From contig OX597816.1 of assembly GCA_951406725.2 (NCBI GenBank), positions 129,394,001 through 129,458,000 on the forward strand: a stretch of 64,000 nucleotides of DNA, written 5' to 3'. A program made the translations under genes and the position numbers. The DNA is from Octopus vulgaris. Lineage: Eukaryota. The stretch's first letter is position 1. Every line of letters begins with the position of its first letter. This document shows positions 35,956 to 51,294 of this stretch, piece after piece. The notes under the pieces are model-generated. The model made no database searches, was not told where the DNA came from, and saw nothing but the letters and a program-made list of their open reading frames with translations.

Positions 35956-36830
35956 TCTGTGCACATGCACATACTTAAAATGCATTTTTCCAACTGTCTT
36001 CATCTCACTCAGCTTCACAAGTTTTAGTATAGGGATTTTTAAAATTGGATGCCCATCCTTTCACAAACTGCAACATTGGAACATATAGGGGACGCTGACA
36101 TCAGGGGTCTTGTTAATGTATAGTTTAAGGAGTGTTGACTTAATGGGTGCAAGAAGTGAAAATTGCACCTTCAATGAGTGTGGGATGAGGTATCCCTTAC
36201 TTGAAAAATGAGAAAGGGTGAATGACAGAGAGGGCATCCAGCTGTAAAATGATACTTCAATAATATAATTGTCTGACCCATTCTAGCATGGAAAATCAGA
36301 TGAAGAAACAAACAAAGCAAAAGAATACACATTCATACATACATAAATACACACACATACACACACACAAACACACACATACACATTCATTATAATTACA
36401 CATACTCACACATGTACTTACATATACATATATTGATACACACACACATATATATAATACACTTAAATGCATATGTGCATGTGTGTGTGTCTGTGTGTGT
36501 ATGTATGCATGTGTGCGTATGAACTAGAAAGTGTCTGAGTAGGCAAAAAAGCGTAACACTTAAGATAATTTTATGCCACAAAAGACCAGCCATTTCAGGC
36601 TGAAAGATTGCTTGGAAACACACTACTTGCTTAATCCAGTAGTCAAGCTTTCACAGCATGAAACTAATAGCAGTTTGAATTTAAATCCTGTGTATATTAA
36701 ATGATAATTATCTTTCACTGGATGGAGAATATTTTTTGTTGATTTCACCTATAACAGAACAGTACACTATATATACATACATACATATGTACATGCATAC
36801 ATAACATACATACATGTCATACATATATAA

Positions 36831-36871
<41 letters not shown>

Positions 36872-37120
36872 TACATACATACATACATACATACATACAT
36901 ACATACATACATACATACATACGTACATGTAATTATATATATAATACACAAACACATACACATGGAACCATGCAGGTGCAAAACAAAATGTAGAAAATTA
37001 TACCCAAATATCAAGGGTGGAGTAAAATAATAATCTATTGAGGGTCACATAATCAGTCATCAGATAATCATGAAAACTATGGTTTATAAGAATTTGTAAG
37101 TATTTATAGAAAATGTTGTA

Positions 37121-37340
37121 ATTCTTCTCTACTCTAGGCATAAGGCCTGAAATTTTTGGGGAGGAGGCCAGTCAATTAGATTGACCCCAGTATGTAACTG
37201 ATAATTAATTTATCAACCTTGAAAGGATGAAAGGCAAAGTTGACCTTGGCGGAATTTGAACTCAGAACGTAAAGACAGACGAAATACCGCTAAGCATTTC
37301 ACCTGGCGTGCTAATGTTTCTGGCAGCTTACCGCCTTTGA
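37121..37340 (-). mobile_element. SINE family B
   Basis: Full reverse-complement copy. Confidence 0.85.
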
Positions 37341-37701
37341 TAGTATTGTAATTAATTCATAATAAATCATTGAATAAAATGCAAGTTGATTGGGTATGAT
37401 GTTATTACTATTCAATATAATAGGAATCTCTTGGAAGAAAAACAATTGACCATAATGGAAAAACATGAAAGAGATTGGGATCCCTAGAAACTACTACATT
37501 GTAATAGAAAATATCTGTTATGCTATACAGATGCAAAAGATCACATATTTTACAAATAAATTCCTCTATTTACATAATATTGGGGTCTCTTTCATTCTTT
37601 TGTTGTCTTACCATTTCTATCAATATATATATATATTTATTTTTTTTTAAAGGTGTAGCGTTTGTAAGAGTCTGGATTGAATTGATATATCGGTTCCATT
37701 C

Positions 37702-37757
37702 TAGCAAAAACTGTCTGATGAACGGCAACGAGAAACTCAGAGTAACAGATTTTGTTG
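37702..37757 (+). ncRNA. Near-intact minimal type-I hammerhead ribozyme
   Basis: Stem I TAGCAAAAACTGT/ACAGATTTTGTTG; core CTGATGA (37715-37721); stem II CG-GCAA-CG; GAAA; stem III ACTC-A-GAGT; predicted cleavage after GUA at 37744. Confidence 0.75.
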
Positions 37758-39018
37758 AATTTTCTGCTGCTTTAAATAAAGTATATATTTATATATACAT
37801 ATATATATACATATATTATTATCATCGTCGTTTAACGTCCGCTTTCCATGCTAGCATGGGTTGAATGATTTGACTGAGGACTGGCAAACCAGATGGCTGC
37901 ACCAGGCTCCAATCTTGATCTGGCAGAGTTTCTAACGCCAACCACTCTGAGAGTGTAGTAGGTGCTTTTACGTGCCACTGGCATGGAAGCCAGTTACAGA
38001 TGTAAAAGATCAGCAGCTGCCAAAAAGTATCTGCAAAATACTACTTTATTATCATTTATTGATATTATTTTGTTACCCAGATTGCTTGCAATGTAGCTCA
38101 TAAGAAATATTTTCTTGATGGTCACACCAATGGCATTCCAGAACCAGGATATAACTACACTTGAAAATAAATCTGATAAATATCAATCACATGCAAAACG
38201 CAATGAAAATGATACACAAGTTTAGCTACTCATCAAATATGGACACCTTATCTAAAGTTGTAAAGCTTGAGAATATCAATGGTGAACCACTGCAAAGCCT
38301 ACAACTAACTCTTGTATATTAGCTATGAATTGTCATGTATATCATAGCTTAGTTTACAGCTATTGTATTATGGCTATAAACTGTCATTTGTACTTGTTAT
38401 CATAGGTGGGGGTTTTCCAAAACAACAAAATAAAATATGGTGACTCATCTCTTCAAAATCAAGACAATTTGTGGTGCATGCAAAACATTTAAAAAATTCT
38501 GTTTCTTAGTTTCTTGCAAGGACACATATAACATTACACATGTACATATATCATACATGCACAAGTTTGTACATATATATATACATATATATACATAATG
38601 AGTTAGCAAGCACATGCACATGTTACGAAGAGACATATACATTTGTCACTTGAGTGCAACCATATTTACACATTCACAAACACCTATACATTTGCCGCAC
38701 ACTCACACATATGCAAACATAAATTCAATTCATATATACACTTAAGTGAGTTCACATTCACAAAGCCACAAATCCCCGGATTTGTCATGAATCAAACAAA
38801 GAATGTTTGTCAATTTGCCAACGATAAACCAGAGCACTGGGAAAAAGAACTGAAATAAATTTCATGGGAAAACATGCACATATATAAAAATATAAACACA
38901 GACAGACACACACCCACACCCACAAACAACAAACACACACATATGTACAAACATATATATATATATAATATAATGTATATATATGCACGTATGTGTCTAT
39001 GTGTGTGTGTGTGTGTAC

Positions 39019-39057
<39 letters not shown>

Positions 39058-39197
39058 TTATATCATCATCATCATCATCATCATTTAACGTCTGCTTTCC
39101 ATGCTAGCATGGGTTGGACGGTTCAACTGGGGTCTGGGGAGCCCGAAAGCTATATACATATATATATACACACACACACACACACATATATATATAC

Positions 39198-39239
<42 letters not shown>

Positions 39240-39261
39240 GAAGGTTTGGATGTACAGGTAT

Positions 39262-39397
39262 TATATATTAGAAGAAATGAGGTACTCAGAAATCTGGATG
39301 GTTTTATATTTACAGATATTTATTAATAAATATTAATAAATATCTGTAAATATAAAACCATCCAGATTTCTGAGTACCTCATTTCTTCTAATATATA
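39262..39397. repeat. Perfect foldback: 67 bp arms, 2 nt spacer, between (TG)n and (TA)n
   Basis: TATATATTAGAAGAAATGAGGTACTC...TATTAATA-aa-TATTAATA...GAGTACCTCATTTCTTCTAATATATA. Confidence 0.9.
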
Positions 39398-39459
39398 TAT
39401 ATATGGTGGTTGTCTACTCCTTTTGCAGAATTTGACTATTTCCTGTACCTATCCCTTAG

Positions 39460-40230
39460 AACGATCTACGCATCTGATGTGGCTCTTTAAACCAGACTAT
39501 GTTTTGAGAAGACACCCATATAGATTGCATATCTGATTTGGACCACCAAAAGTTGCAGTTAAGTTCTGATATTTGTGGATCTTAAAATGTCTTTTGAAGC
39601 CTCCATTAGATTTGCAGACCTTTTGGCATACATTTCATTGGAAGATATATACTTCCAAGACATATATATATATACACATATATTGTTCCTCAGATAGTTG
39701 TTCTGAAGTTCTATGCTCAAGCACAAATCCTGCTACTGTTTTTACTTTGTTCTTTTCAAAGTCTGTGATGAAGTTCATGGTGTCTCTCTCAGCATCAACT
39801 TACCAAAATGAGTGCCTTTACCCTTCATATAGTGTATATCTCCTCATGTGCAGCTAATGCATTGCAGTTTGTCTTTATGAAATTACACATTCTTCATATA
39901 TGACAAATTGTTCAATCATAGAGAGTGTTTCTTAAAAATGATTGTAAGAAAGTTATCATTCAGTTAATTTTTCTGAAATGATGTGGCATAAATGATGTAC
40001 TTCCAAGGTATCTAAACAACCTGACCCATTTGAGAGGTTTATTGTCAATCATTACATTTGAATCTTATTCAGTCAACCCAAATGCATGAGCTGTTGTAGC
40101 AGACTTGTCAATCATTTCCTGAATTCCCTCAAATGTATGAGAAATCAAAGTGCAATCTTCAGTGAACAGAAAATCACATAGACTCTCTTCCTTTATCTTT
40201 TTTACTTTTTGATGTAAAGCATTGCCTATT
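39460..40230 (-). mobile_element. Old RTE (BovB-like) LINE fragment
   Basis: CDFLFTEDCTL..IQEMID...FGLT..FRYLGS (LFADD / F.YLGS-like) and a C-terminal C..GLKSH remnant. Confidence 0.65.
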
Positions 40231-40234
40231 CAGA

Positions 40235-40850
40235 TTTAGTAGACCTCCATTGACCCCACTGGGGTCAATGTAATCAACTTACACCCTATCCTAAAATTAC
40301 CTACTTTATCAACTCTGAAAGGATGAAAGACAAAGTTGACCTCAGTGACATTATCATTATTAAGGCAGTGAGCTGGCAGAATCATTAGCACACTGGGTGA
40401 AATACCACTAAGCAGTATTTTGCCCATTGCTATGTTCTGAGTTCAAATCCTGCCAGGGTCAACTTTGCCTTTCATCCTTTCGGGGGTCGATGAATTAAGT
40501 ACCAGTGAAACACTGGGGTCGATGTAATCGACTAGTCCCCACCAAATTTCAGGCCTTGTGTCTTTAATAGGAAGGATTATTATTATCTTTATCATGTTAT
40601 TGAGTAAAAGAGCAGCATACACCATCAAAGTGACACTGGGGTTCAAATATATGAAGCCCAAAATACCCATCATGGCTTCAGTTTCTGTTTACCAAATCCA
40701 CTTGTAAGGCTTTTGTTGGCCCAAAGCTATAGTAGAAGACACTTGCCCAAAGTGCCATGTAGTGAGACTGAATTAAGGACCTTGTAGTTGGGAAAAAAGC
40801 TTCTTACAAAATAGCCATGCCTGTGCCTATCACAGCCATACCTGCACTTA
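40235..40850. mobile_element. SINE cluster: family B (- fragment and + copy 40362-40580), family A 5' half (-)
   Basis: Similarity to other copies in the window. Confidence 0.75.
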
Positions 40851-41049
40851 TATGTTTATTGTGTTGGGTGGTGAATATTTTTAGTATGCACTGTGTGTTT
40901 GATATTATGTATTTCTTTGGCAAACAATGAGTGTGTATATATAATATTAGGCACAGAATGTGTATAGCATTAAGAGCTGATGGTGTGTAGAAGTGTTAGC
41001 TGCTGCTGTGTAAGTTGTTGGTATTATTGTATTGGATATTGGTTATGTA

Positions 41050-41450
41050 GGAATGTATGGGTATAGTGTTATTTTGTAGATTATTGACCATATAGAGTAT
41101 ATAGCAAGTGACTTAGGTCATTTTATTGGGTTTTGATTATATAGAGAATATGTTGTGTGCAGAGAGTGTACTATTCAAGGCATGCACTTGAAGTGAAAGT
41201 GTCTTGCAAAGGATGTGAGCTGTATCTAGTAGAGCTTTTTATGGCACAGTGTGTAGACTCATATATTTTTTCCTTAGCCATCTGTGTATCATACTTAGTT
41301 ATATACTCCATTGACAGGCATTCTGCTGGAATGACCTTTTGCTTCCCTTCAATGTACATACTGTGTTTTTAAATGAGGCACATCTATCAGAGATTTTATC
41401 TCAGATGTAAACAACAGTATGTGCCTATCCTCAATGTATATACATTTAGT
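41050..41450 (-). mobile_element. Highly decayed Penelope-like endonuclease remnant
   Basis: PAECL..YIT...EKIYES...RYSSH..F resembles the GIY-YIG region at 26943-27278. Confidence 0.4.
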
Positions 41451-41849
41451 ATGATACATACCGGCTACTTTAATTTAGTATTGCTTCAATTGCATACACC
41501 AGATTATTTATTCAACCTAGCAGCTATTTGCAATATCAGTGAATGTAAATATCAGTAATATCAGTGAATTTATTCAACCTAGCAGCTATTTGCAATATCA
41601 GTGAATATTCACTGCTTCCCATATTAGTGGTAACAAATCTTGCTCAAGCATGTAGCTGGCTGCAAGTTCATTTCATTGACAAAGCCTCTGAAAGAATATA
41701 TACTTTAAGAATGATACAAAGCTGGTTATTTTAATTTAATGCTGCTCCAATTTGCATGCATCAGATTAAATTTCATATATTGTTTATCATACCTAGATTT
41801 TATATATATTGTTTATCATGCCTAAATTTCATATATTATTTATCATACC

Positions 41850-42200
41850 TAGAGCTCCAGTTATATTATTGGTACTGTTTTTACTTCATGCCTCCAATCC
41901 TATTTATTTCAATTTTAGTTTCCTCCACTTCCTTTCAGGCGTTGTTTTGACCAACAATCATAATGTCTATCAATTTTCATGTATTTCTTTTCCAATCCTA
42001 GATAATTGTATCTGGACAATTTGGAAAGGCATGTTCCAAATGATTGTGGCTCAATTGTTGCCACATCAAATGTTTGATAGATGTCTATACCATTTTTTTT
42101 ATTCATTATTACATAAAAGTATTGGCATATAGTCTTGTTGACATAGTCACTGATTCTATCATGTCTGTAAATATATTCAGACTTTTGTTTTCAGTTATTC
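41850..42200 (-). mobile_element. Decayed RLE-type LINE C-terminal remnant
   Basis: FDVA.....KLSRY..L..PII.GALG-like remnants. Confidence 0.4.
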
Positions 42201-42404
42201 ATCTTTTTCACCACTCCTTCATGATTTAAAGACAAAGAAAATCTTTTCTCTCTACCCCCAGAAAAGGGCTCTGTCTAAAACATTGAAAACTCTTCACTCT
42301 ATGGTATAAAATCTCTGAAAACTTTACTCTTTCCCTGTATGTATCATCATCATTATCCTCCTCCTCCTCCTCCTCATCATCATCATCATCATCATCACCA
42401 TCAT

Positions 42405-42870
42405 TGTTTAATGTCTGCTTTCCATGCTGGCATGGGTTGGACGATTTGACTGAGGACTGGCAAATCAGATGGCTGCACCAGGCTCCAATCTGATCTGGCA
42501 GAGTTTCTGCAGCTGGATGCCCTTCCTAATGCCAACCACTCCGAGAGTGTAGTGGGTGATTTTACATGCCACTGGCATGAGGGCCAGTCAGGCAGTACTG
42601 GCTACGGCCATGCTCAAATGGTATTTTTCTACGTGCCACCTGCACAGGAGCCAGTCCAGCAGCACTGGCAATGACCTCACTCAAATATTTTTCTTGTGCC
42701 ACCAACACAAGTACCAGTAAGGTGACACTGGTAATGAATTGCACTCGAATGGTGCTTTTTAAGTGCCACCAGCATGGAAGCCAGTTAGCTGCTCTGGCAA
42801 CAGTCACGCTCGGATGGTGCTCTTAGCACTCCATTAGCAAGGATGACAGCCATGCGGTGCTGTCATCGAA
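42405..42870 (-). mobile_element. RTE 3' UTR with stem-loop array
   Basis: Reverse complement of the family UTR, with an (ATC)n tail at 42375-42404. Confidence 0.75.
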
Positions 42871-42896
42871 TTTGATTTCGATTTCATATGTATATA

Positions 42897-42927
<31 letters not shown>

Positions 42928-43367
42928 AATTTCCAGGATTTAGGAGAGTTAGATACTTAAATAGTAAACCACCCAGGTCAAGTTGGTGATAGCACTATCG
43001 TGTACAAACAGTATTTCAGGACAAATACATACTTACTAAAGTAAGCACAGATTTGTTCTTTGGTTGCACATACATTCACAAAAGGCTAACTGAATACACG
43101 AGTCAAGGTCACACATGGGTGTATATATATATATGTTCATCCATATATATATACACACATGCATACAAGTGTGTCTATGCTTGTGTGCATTCTTTGTAGT
43201 GTTTACTCCCTAAAAAGGAGGTAAATCAATAAAGGGAAGTAATTCAATAAGGGAACAGCTACTTCACTACTTCATACAAAAAAATTGGTAAAACTAGTAC
43301 CAAAGTAAAATAAAGAGTAGCTCAAATTAGAGCTACAAGTCCAATTTAATAAAAGATATTGAAATAT

Positions 43368-44270
<903 letters not shown>

Positions 44271-44276
44271 CCTTTG

Positions 44277-44630
44277 TTCAGCAGTTCTCAACCATTTTTT
44301 TTTTTAATCTATGGATCCCTTTGATTACTATTTTATTCTGGTGGACCCCATAGCCATTTGAAGTTTACAAAATAGTTTTATTGACAGTTCTTTAAAAATT
44401 CCTATTTTGCTTTTCACACATTAATTCATGTAAGTTGAATTATGTAAAAATGTTAGAGTAAGAAACCTAGCTGTTTCTTGCAATAAATACATCTAAAACA
44501 AAATTTTTTCATCAACCCTTAAAATACTAATTGTGGATCCCCAATTTACTATTTCCCTTACATTGACCCACAAAAATCTTATTTGGGCTCCTTGGGGGTC
44601 ATACTGACCCAGTTGAAAACCACTGCTCTA
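44277..44630. mobile_element. hAT-like MITE
   Basis: Termini CAGCAGTTCTCAACC ... GTTGAAAACCACTGCTCTA. Confidence 0.6.
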
Positions 44631-45142
44631 GTTGAAAACTGGGGAACAGAGCAGCATCCAGTTTCATGTAATCTTCTAGTGTAATGCAGGATATGGACTC
44701 AGTCCTGTAAAAAAATAGAGCACTCATGAATTATATAATGCTACGTCACTTACTTCTGTGCTGACAGATGAGCTTTTACATGTTTATTTAATCTGCAAGA
44801 AACTGCGTGTAAATTTCCCTCAAAGTACATCTTAGAAATACAAAAAATAGGAAGGACACATCAGAAAGTGCAGCTCTAGTTGTATTGAAAATAGTATGTG
44901 ATGGTCTTGATTGGAATGCTTTAATTATTAGTCTTCTTGATTTGTGCTGACTTTAGACTAAATAGCAAATTGTTGTGCCTGTGGACTGAGCTAATTGCAA
45001 GTCAAATGTCTTAGTATTAAACACCAATGATAGATAATTGTCAGCTTTACATGCAATAAACTGATATCATATTTATAGTCAGCTGAGACTCACATGTACG
45101 TACGTACATATGTATGCATATATGCATGTGTGTATGTATGCC

Positions 45143-45520
45143 TCTTTTATCTTTTACTTATCTCATTCATTAGACTGTGGCCATACTGGGGCACCACTTT
45201 GGAGAATTTTAGTCAAATGAATTGGCCTCGGTGCTTTTTTAAAGCCAGGTACTTATTCTATCAGTTATTTTTGCCGAACTGCTAAGTTACAGGGACGTAA
45301 ACACACTAACACCGGTTGTCAAGCGGTGGCAGGCCACAAAAATAGAAGCACACACACACACGTATATATACGACGGGCTTCTTTCAATTTCTATCTACCA
45401 AATCCATTTACGAGGATTTGATCGGCCTGGCTCTAAAGTAAAAGACACTCCGGGATTGAAGCTGGAACCAATAGTTTGGGAAGCAAACTTCTTACCACAT
45501 AGCCAGCACCGTACCTATGC
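45143..45520 (-). mobile_element. SINE family A
   Basis: Diverged reverse-complement copy. Confidence 0.75.
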
Positions 45521-45834
45521 ATGTTTGCATATACGTTCGTATGTCTTTCTGTATGCATTTCTATTTTTAATTCTTTGAAGTCTGACGGTCTGTATGCATG
45601 TATATGTGCATATACATTGCATAAATATATATATATATATATACACACACAGAGGAGGAGAGAAAGAAAAGAGAGACACCCACACACATGTGCATCTATG
45701 AGAAAATAATTGCATGCACCACAAGCCCACCCTGACACAACACACGCAACACAACACTCTCACCACACCACTCATACAAACAAGTAGAACATAAAACAAA
45801 CAAAAAAATCACATGAACACAAGAACGATAATTC

Positions 45835-45979
45835 AACCAATCAGAGAGCTCGTTACAAACGTTACCGCCATATTTCTATGCATGTGAAAGGAGAAGTTAT
45901 GTATGAACATTTGGTCTCATTGTTGTCCGAATTAATTGATAGGAAACTCTGGTGGGAAGTCTGATCACTCTAGGTAAGC
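45835..45979 (+). promoter_or_regulatory. Candidate promoter and non-coding first exon
   Basis: NF-Y-like AACCAATCAG (45835), YY1-like CCGCCATATT (45865), strong donor AG|GTAAGC (intron from 45974). Lies at the start of a visibly CpG-retaining stretch (~45.8-47.7 kb). Confidence 0.4.
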
Positions 45980-46489
45980 TAATTTTAACACGAAGCAAAA
46001 TTATTTGCTTGTTGCTTATATATGTATATATCATAAATAGATATATGCGTTTATAAAGGTTTGAAGTGTTCGTCTGTAAATGCATTTGCTTCATAGAAAA
46101 TTTGCAATTGAAATTATAGCAGACAACATCACTTGTTTTTTAGTCTTTGACTGGATGTAAATGTTTACCTGCGGTGCCGACATTATCGCTATCTTCAAAT
46201 GTAGTGTTACCGGTGAATAATTTGAAAAAGTTCATTTATTTTTCTTATTAATTTTTTTCTTTCGGGGAGAAACTAATCAGTGACATTTTCAGGGCTTCAT
46301 TTTTCTAGGGTCGATAAAACGAAGTACCAGTCAGCTAAAGTATTTATGGTTAATTTTATATCGACTGTACCCTTCTCCAAACGTGTGGCTTTGTGTCTAC
46401 ATTTTTGAAAATTTTGCTGCTAGTTCTAGCGAACTCTTATTACTTTTTATAGGATGCTCTATTGACTCGTAGCAATAATAATTGCTTCT

Positions 46490-46975
46490 GATTAAGGTAC
46501 AAATCCGGTAATTTCGAGGGTAAGTGGGTTAATCGAGCCCAATACTAGATAGTACCTTATTCGACCCAAAGGGCTGAAACACAAAGTTGATCCTAGCTGG
46601 ATTTGAACATCGTATATAAAGAAATAATAATAATCTTTTCGACTTTAGACACAAGACATGAAATTGTGGGGGAGGGGTCTAGTCGCTTAATTCGACCCCA
46701 GTTCTCAAATAGTACTTTTTTTTATCGACCCTGAAATGATGAAAGGCAAAGTCGATAATAATTATTTTAAATTGTGGCACAAGGCCAGCAGCCTTGTGGG
46801 GAGAGGTGTTGATTATATCGACTCAAGTGCTTGACTCGTACTTTGTTTTATCGACCCTGAAAGAATGAAAAGCCAAGTTGACTTTGGCAGTATTTGAACG
46901 CAGAACGTAAAGAGCCGGAAGAAATGCTGCTCAGCATTTTGTCCATCACGTTAACTATTCTGCCATCTCGCCCAT
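46490..46975 (-). mobile_element. Tandem SINE family B fragments in a (TAA)n context
   Basis: Three reverse-complement tail/core segments. Confidence 0.7.
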
Positions 46976-48805
46976 ACTGCTAATAATAATAATAATAATT
47001 GTGGTGGTTTCAAAAATAATAATGATGAAACTTTTCTGCAAGGTGAAATGTCTGTTGTTTTATGTGTTGTTATTTGTGTCTTCATTTCTCCTTTTTTTGT
47101 TTTTGTTTTTGTTTGAGGAGGATGTTGTTACTTTAAAACCCTGTTGCCGATTCGTTATTAACTGATGCATTTATAACACATGTGCAACCTTTATGTATAT
47201 GTCGAATGTGTGTAACTATATACTGACTCATGTTATGATATAGGAGAAATGCTGAAAGTGCGTGGGAGAGTCTGGATAGAAGAAAACGTTTGGAATTATA
47301 CTTTAATATCATATTGCAGATAACCCTGTTAGTTTGTATCTATATATTTTATTGCTTATATATACACACACACAATATATATATATATATATAATATATA
47401 TATATACAGACCAGACATATATATCGTGTTAAACTTTGCGGTAGGTCGTGGTGTTTTTGAGAATACAACCAAAGGGAAAACAGAGACTTATCAACAAGGA
47501 TTCAATAGCGGAATGACGACTATTAAAAGACTACGTTTTTCCTGTTTGTGTCCTGCTTGAGTAGGGTCATATGTTTATTTATTCTCTCAAAGTAGTGAAT
47601 AAATAACGGCATTTTGATATAGAAATGAATTTTTGGGTAGGGGGTCAGAGTACCGCCCACAATCACGGGCAGAAATCGAAGACTAAATCAGCTGAAAATA
47701 TATATAAAAAAAACAAACTGTCTGGACTATATTTTTTTAGGGAAATAGTCTCCATAAGATGTTTCTTTTGTTGTTTAATGTGGTTTAACAATAAATAAAT
47801 CATCTTCTTCCTACTTTTAATTCCCTTTAAATGATGACAGTGTCTTTAGTTTTTAAATAAAAATAAATTCATATTTTTTCCTCCTTATTTTATGTACACC
47901 TTTTTGGGTAGGTAGATTGTGGCAGTGGGATTGCTTAGGTACTATTGTACCGACAACTGCCAAATTAATTGGCAGTTATTGATTGTTGATAGTAAAAGTC
48001 AGTATGTATGCAACTAGTCTGGCCTCCCTCCAAATGATAACAAATGCTATAAATCGACTCTACTCAAATAAGAATTTAGCATTTTATGAAATTAAATTAA
48101 AACTATGAATTATATTGCATAGTGATACAGATTTCATACATTTCTATCCTAAAAATCTGTTTTCTTGCTTTCTCTTTCCAATGATAAACAAATATCTTTG
48201 ACCTGATGTATACAATTTTCTTTCATTATTCAAATTGTTTATGTATATATATTCTATTTTTTTATTTACAACTTGTTGAGATACAGTTTAAACGATTGTA
48301 TTATTCCATTCATAACTCGGGTTCATTTCTATAGAGTGACACAGATTTTCTTTTCATGTATATTTTCATATATTTCTCTCTAAGGTGCAGCTCTCTCCCT
48401 CCCCTCTCTCCCTCTTTCAATGTATATATATATATATAATATGCTCATATTCAAGTGTGTGCGCGTATAAATATATGCAAATATTTGAATATAAATATAT
48501 GCAAATATCTCTGCGTATACATACGCAAATGTGTGTGTGTGTGAAGGTATACACTTATCAGCAACATCATTTTAACTCCATTTTTTTCATGCTTGCGTTT
48601 GTCAGACGGATTCATTAAGGCAAATTTTCTCCGGCTTAATGCCCATCCTGTCACCAACTCACACCTGTTTCCAAGGGCCAGACATGCTTTCACGGAAGAA
48701 TGGAAACCAAGGACACTACTTGTATGACAGTAATACTTCATTGCGGCTATCACACAATGGCAAGACAATGAGACGCAAACACACAGGCCCATGCACACCT
48801 GTGTG

Positions 48806-48842
<37 letters not shown>

Positions 48843-48957
48843 GACAGGCTTTTTTCAATTTGTGTCTACCAAATCCACTCACAAAGCTTCAGTTGGTTCA
48901 GTGCTGTAGTAACAAACACTTGTCCAAGGAGCAACAGAGCCATGCTTGAGCCCATCA

Positions 48958-49062
<105 letters not shown>

Positions 49063-49092
49063 CAATTGTATTTATATTTATATATAAGGATG

Positions 49093-49600
49093 TCATCATC
49101 ATCGTTTAACGTCCGTTCTCCATACTAACATGGGTTGGACGGTTCGACCGGGGATCTGGGAAGCCAGAAGGCTGCACCAGGCTCCAGTCTTATCAGGCAA
49201 TGTTTCTACAGCTTGATGCCCTTCCTAACGCCAACCACTCCGTGAGTGTAGTGGGTGCTTTTTACGTGCCACCTGCACAGGTGCCAGGCGAGGCTGGCAA
49301 CGGCCACGGTCGGATTGGTGTATTTTATGTGCCACCGGCACGGAAGCCAGTCGAGGCGGTGCTGGCATCGGCCACGAGTCGGATAGTGCTTTTTACGTAC
49401 CACCAGACCAGGGATCCTGGCTGGTTCAATTCGATTTTGATTTTGCTTGCCCCAACATGTCTTCACAGGCAAAGGGGGTTGGCATGGGTGCCTGTCGGAT
49501 TGGAGTATTTTACGTGCCACCGGCACGGAAGCCAGTGGAGGCGGCGCTGGCATCGGCCACGAGTCGGATAGTGCTTTTTACGTACCACCAGACCAGGGAT
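49093..49600 (-). mobile_element. Young RTE 3' UTR with an internal ~110 bp duplication
   Basis: CpG-rich copy; 49310-49415 is repeated at 49495-49600. Confidence 0.75.
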
Positions 49601-50741
49601 CTTAGGGAAATTGCCCATGGCAGTTGGGTATCCAGCATTTCAGACAGTCTTCTTCAGGGCAAAGATGACTGGAGGAGAATAAATGACAGCAGAATTTTAC
49701 ATCCTTTATGTTTGAGAAACTGGTTGCAACTGACAAGGAATACAAGACATAAGCTTCATAGGTAGACAAGAAGTAGTAGAAACTAAGAAAGCGTGAAGGA
49801 AAGAGAAATCAAAAGAGGAAGTGAAGTAGGTAAAACTGAAGGCAAAACTTGAGGTAAGAGGGGTGTTGAAGGATTAGAAGGGGATTACTGAACTATGAGG
49901 TGTTGGAGTAGAAAAAGAATGCTTATTTATACTTGGTGACATGGTTCTAAGTTTGAGTATGATGGGCTGTTCTTTCCATTTCATTGAGTCTGTTGCTCCA
50001 TGGTGTGTGGAGATGCCACACATTGATAAGTCAGGAATGGAATATTTTGAAGTGGCTGGCAACAAGTTGGCCTAGCATAATATATAGTAATGAGTTTCAA
50101 ATGTCAGAAATAGCTTCCACCCATAGAAAAATCTCTGTTCCAACATCTGAAATTTGTAAGCATGGAAAAATAGATGTTAAAACAATGATGGTGGTGCATG
50201 TATGAATATGCACACACATGTATATACATAAGTGTATGTATGTATTACATATATGTATGTATACATGACTATATATAGATAGATGTGTGTGTATAGCTGC
50301 CAACAGTCAAGGAGGAACTTGTTTAAAGCTTGGGAGCAAGGGTACTCTGGAACATTATCAGATAGATGCTGTGGAATATGTATCTGTGCATGTGTATACA
50401 CACACACACACTGAATATACCAGCATATAAACCAAATCATTGTATAGGCCAAGGTGAATTTTTTAGGTAGTTTTTAATATTATGGCATATAAGCCAAAGG
50501 CATTGTATAGCAATAACTGATTAATCTCAAGAATAATTTCAGGTTCAGAAATATGAATGAACTTGAACAGAATCTTCACAATTCATAAATATATAGTGGA
50601 GTAGACATGTATCTCTTTGAAATCATAGTTGTAGGGGAGGGGTATCCCAGTGGGTTTCGATGACATGATGTAAAGAACTTTGCATGTAAAACAGAAATGT
50701 GGAATGACCATTGTTGTAATGAAGCATTTTTAAAGTTATTA

Positions 50742-50960
50742 TTAGGGGGTGAGCTGGCGGAATCATTAGCACTCCAGGCAAATTGCTTCGCAGCATTTCT
50801 TCCGTCTTTACATTCAGAGTTCAAATTTTGTTGCTTAACTTTGCTTTTCTTTCTTTTGGTGTCGACAAAATAAGTACCAGCTGAGTACTGGAGTCGATGT
50901 AATTGACTTTCCCTTCCCCTCATACTTGTTGGCTTTGTGCCAAATCTTGAAACCAATATT
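50742..50960 (+). mobile_element. SINE family B with TSD
   Basis: TTAAAGTTATTATTA on both sides. Confidence 0.85.
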
Positions 50961-51294
50961 AAAGTTATTATTAAATTAAGAATTGAATAAATAAGAATAA
51001 GTATACATGCTCAATTTCTTAATTTGAAACAGGTAATTAGTGTCAGTATTTCGATAAATTACTTTCAATAAAGCCTTGTTGTTTGTAGTTTATTGTGATG
51101 ATAATTAAAATGAAGATGAAAGGTTAATACAGGTTATCAAAGATCTTTTAAAAATGGCAACTGACCTTTGTAGTCATGTGTCTCTACTATTCTGCACAGT
51201 GTCCATCTAATATCAAATTGCTTGCAAGGAAATAGATATCGATCTTACTTGTTATTGCAACCCCATCAAGATGTTGCAACGACAGTGAAAATGA

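Noticed and set aside
38076-38160. Minus-strand segment reading VVISWFWNAI, reminiscent of a HECT-domain motif
   Set aside because: Following residues do not fit HECT, the splice signals are weak, and no other exons were found.
41493-41850. Short tandem duplications (~37 bp x2 and ~28 bp x3)
   Set aside because: Ordinary slippage duplications with no further structure.
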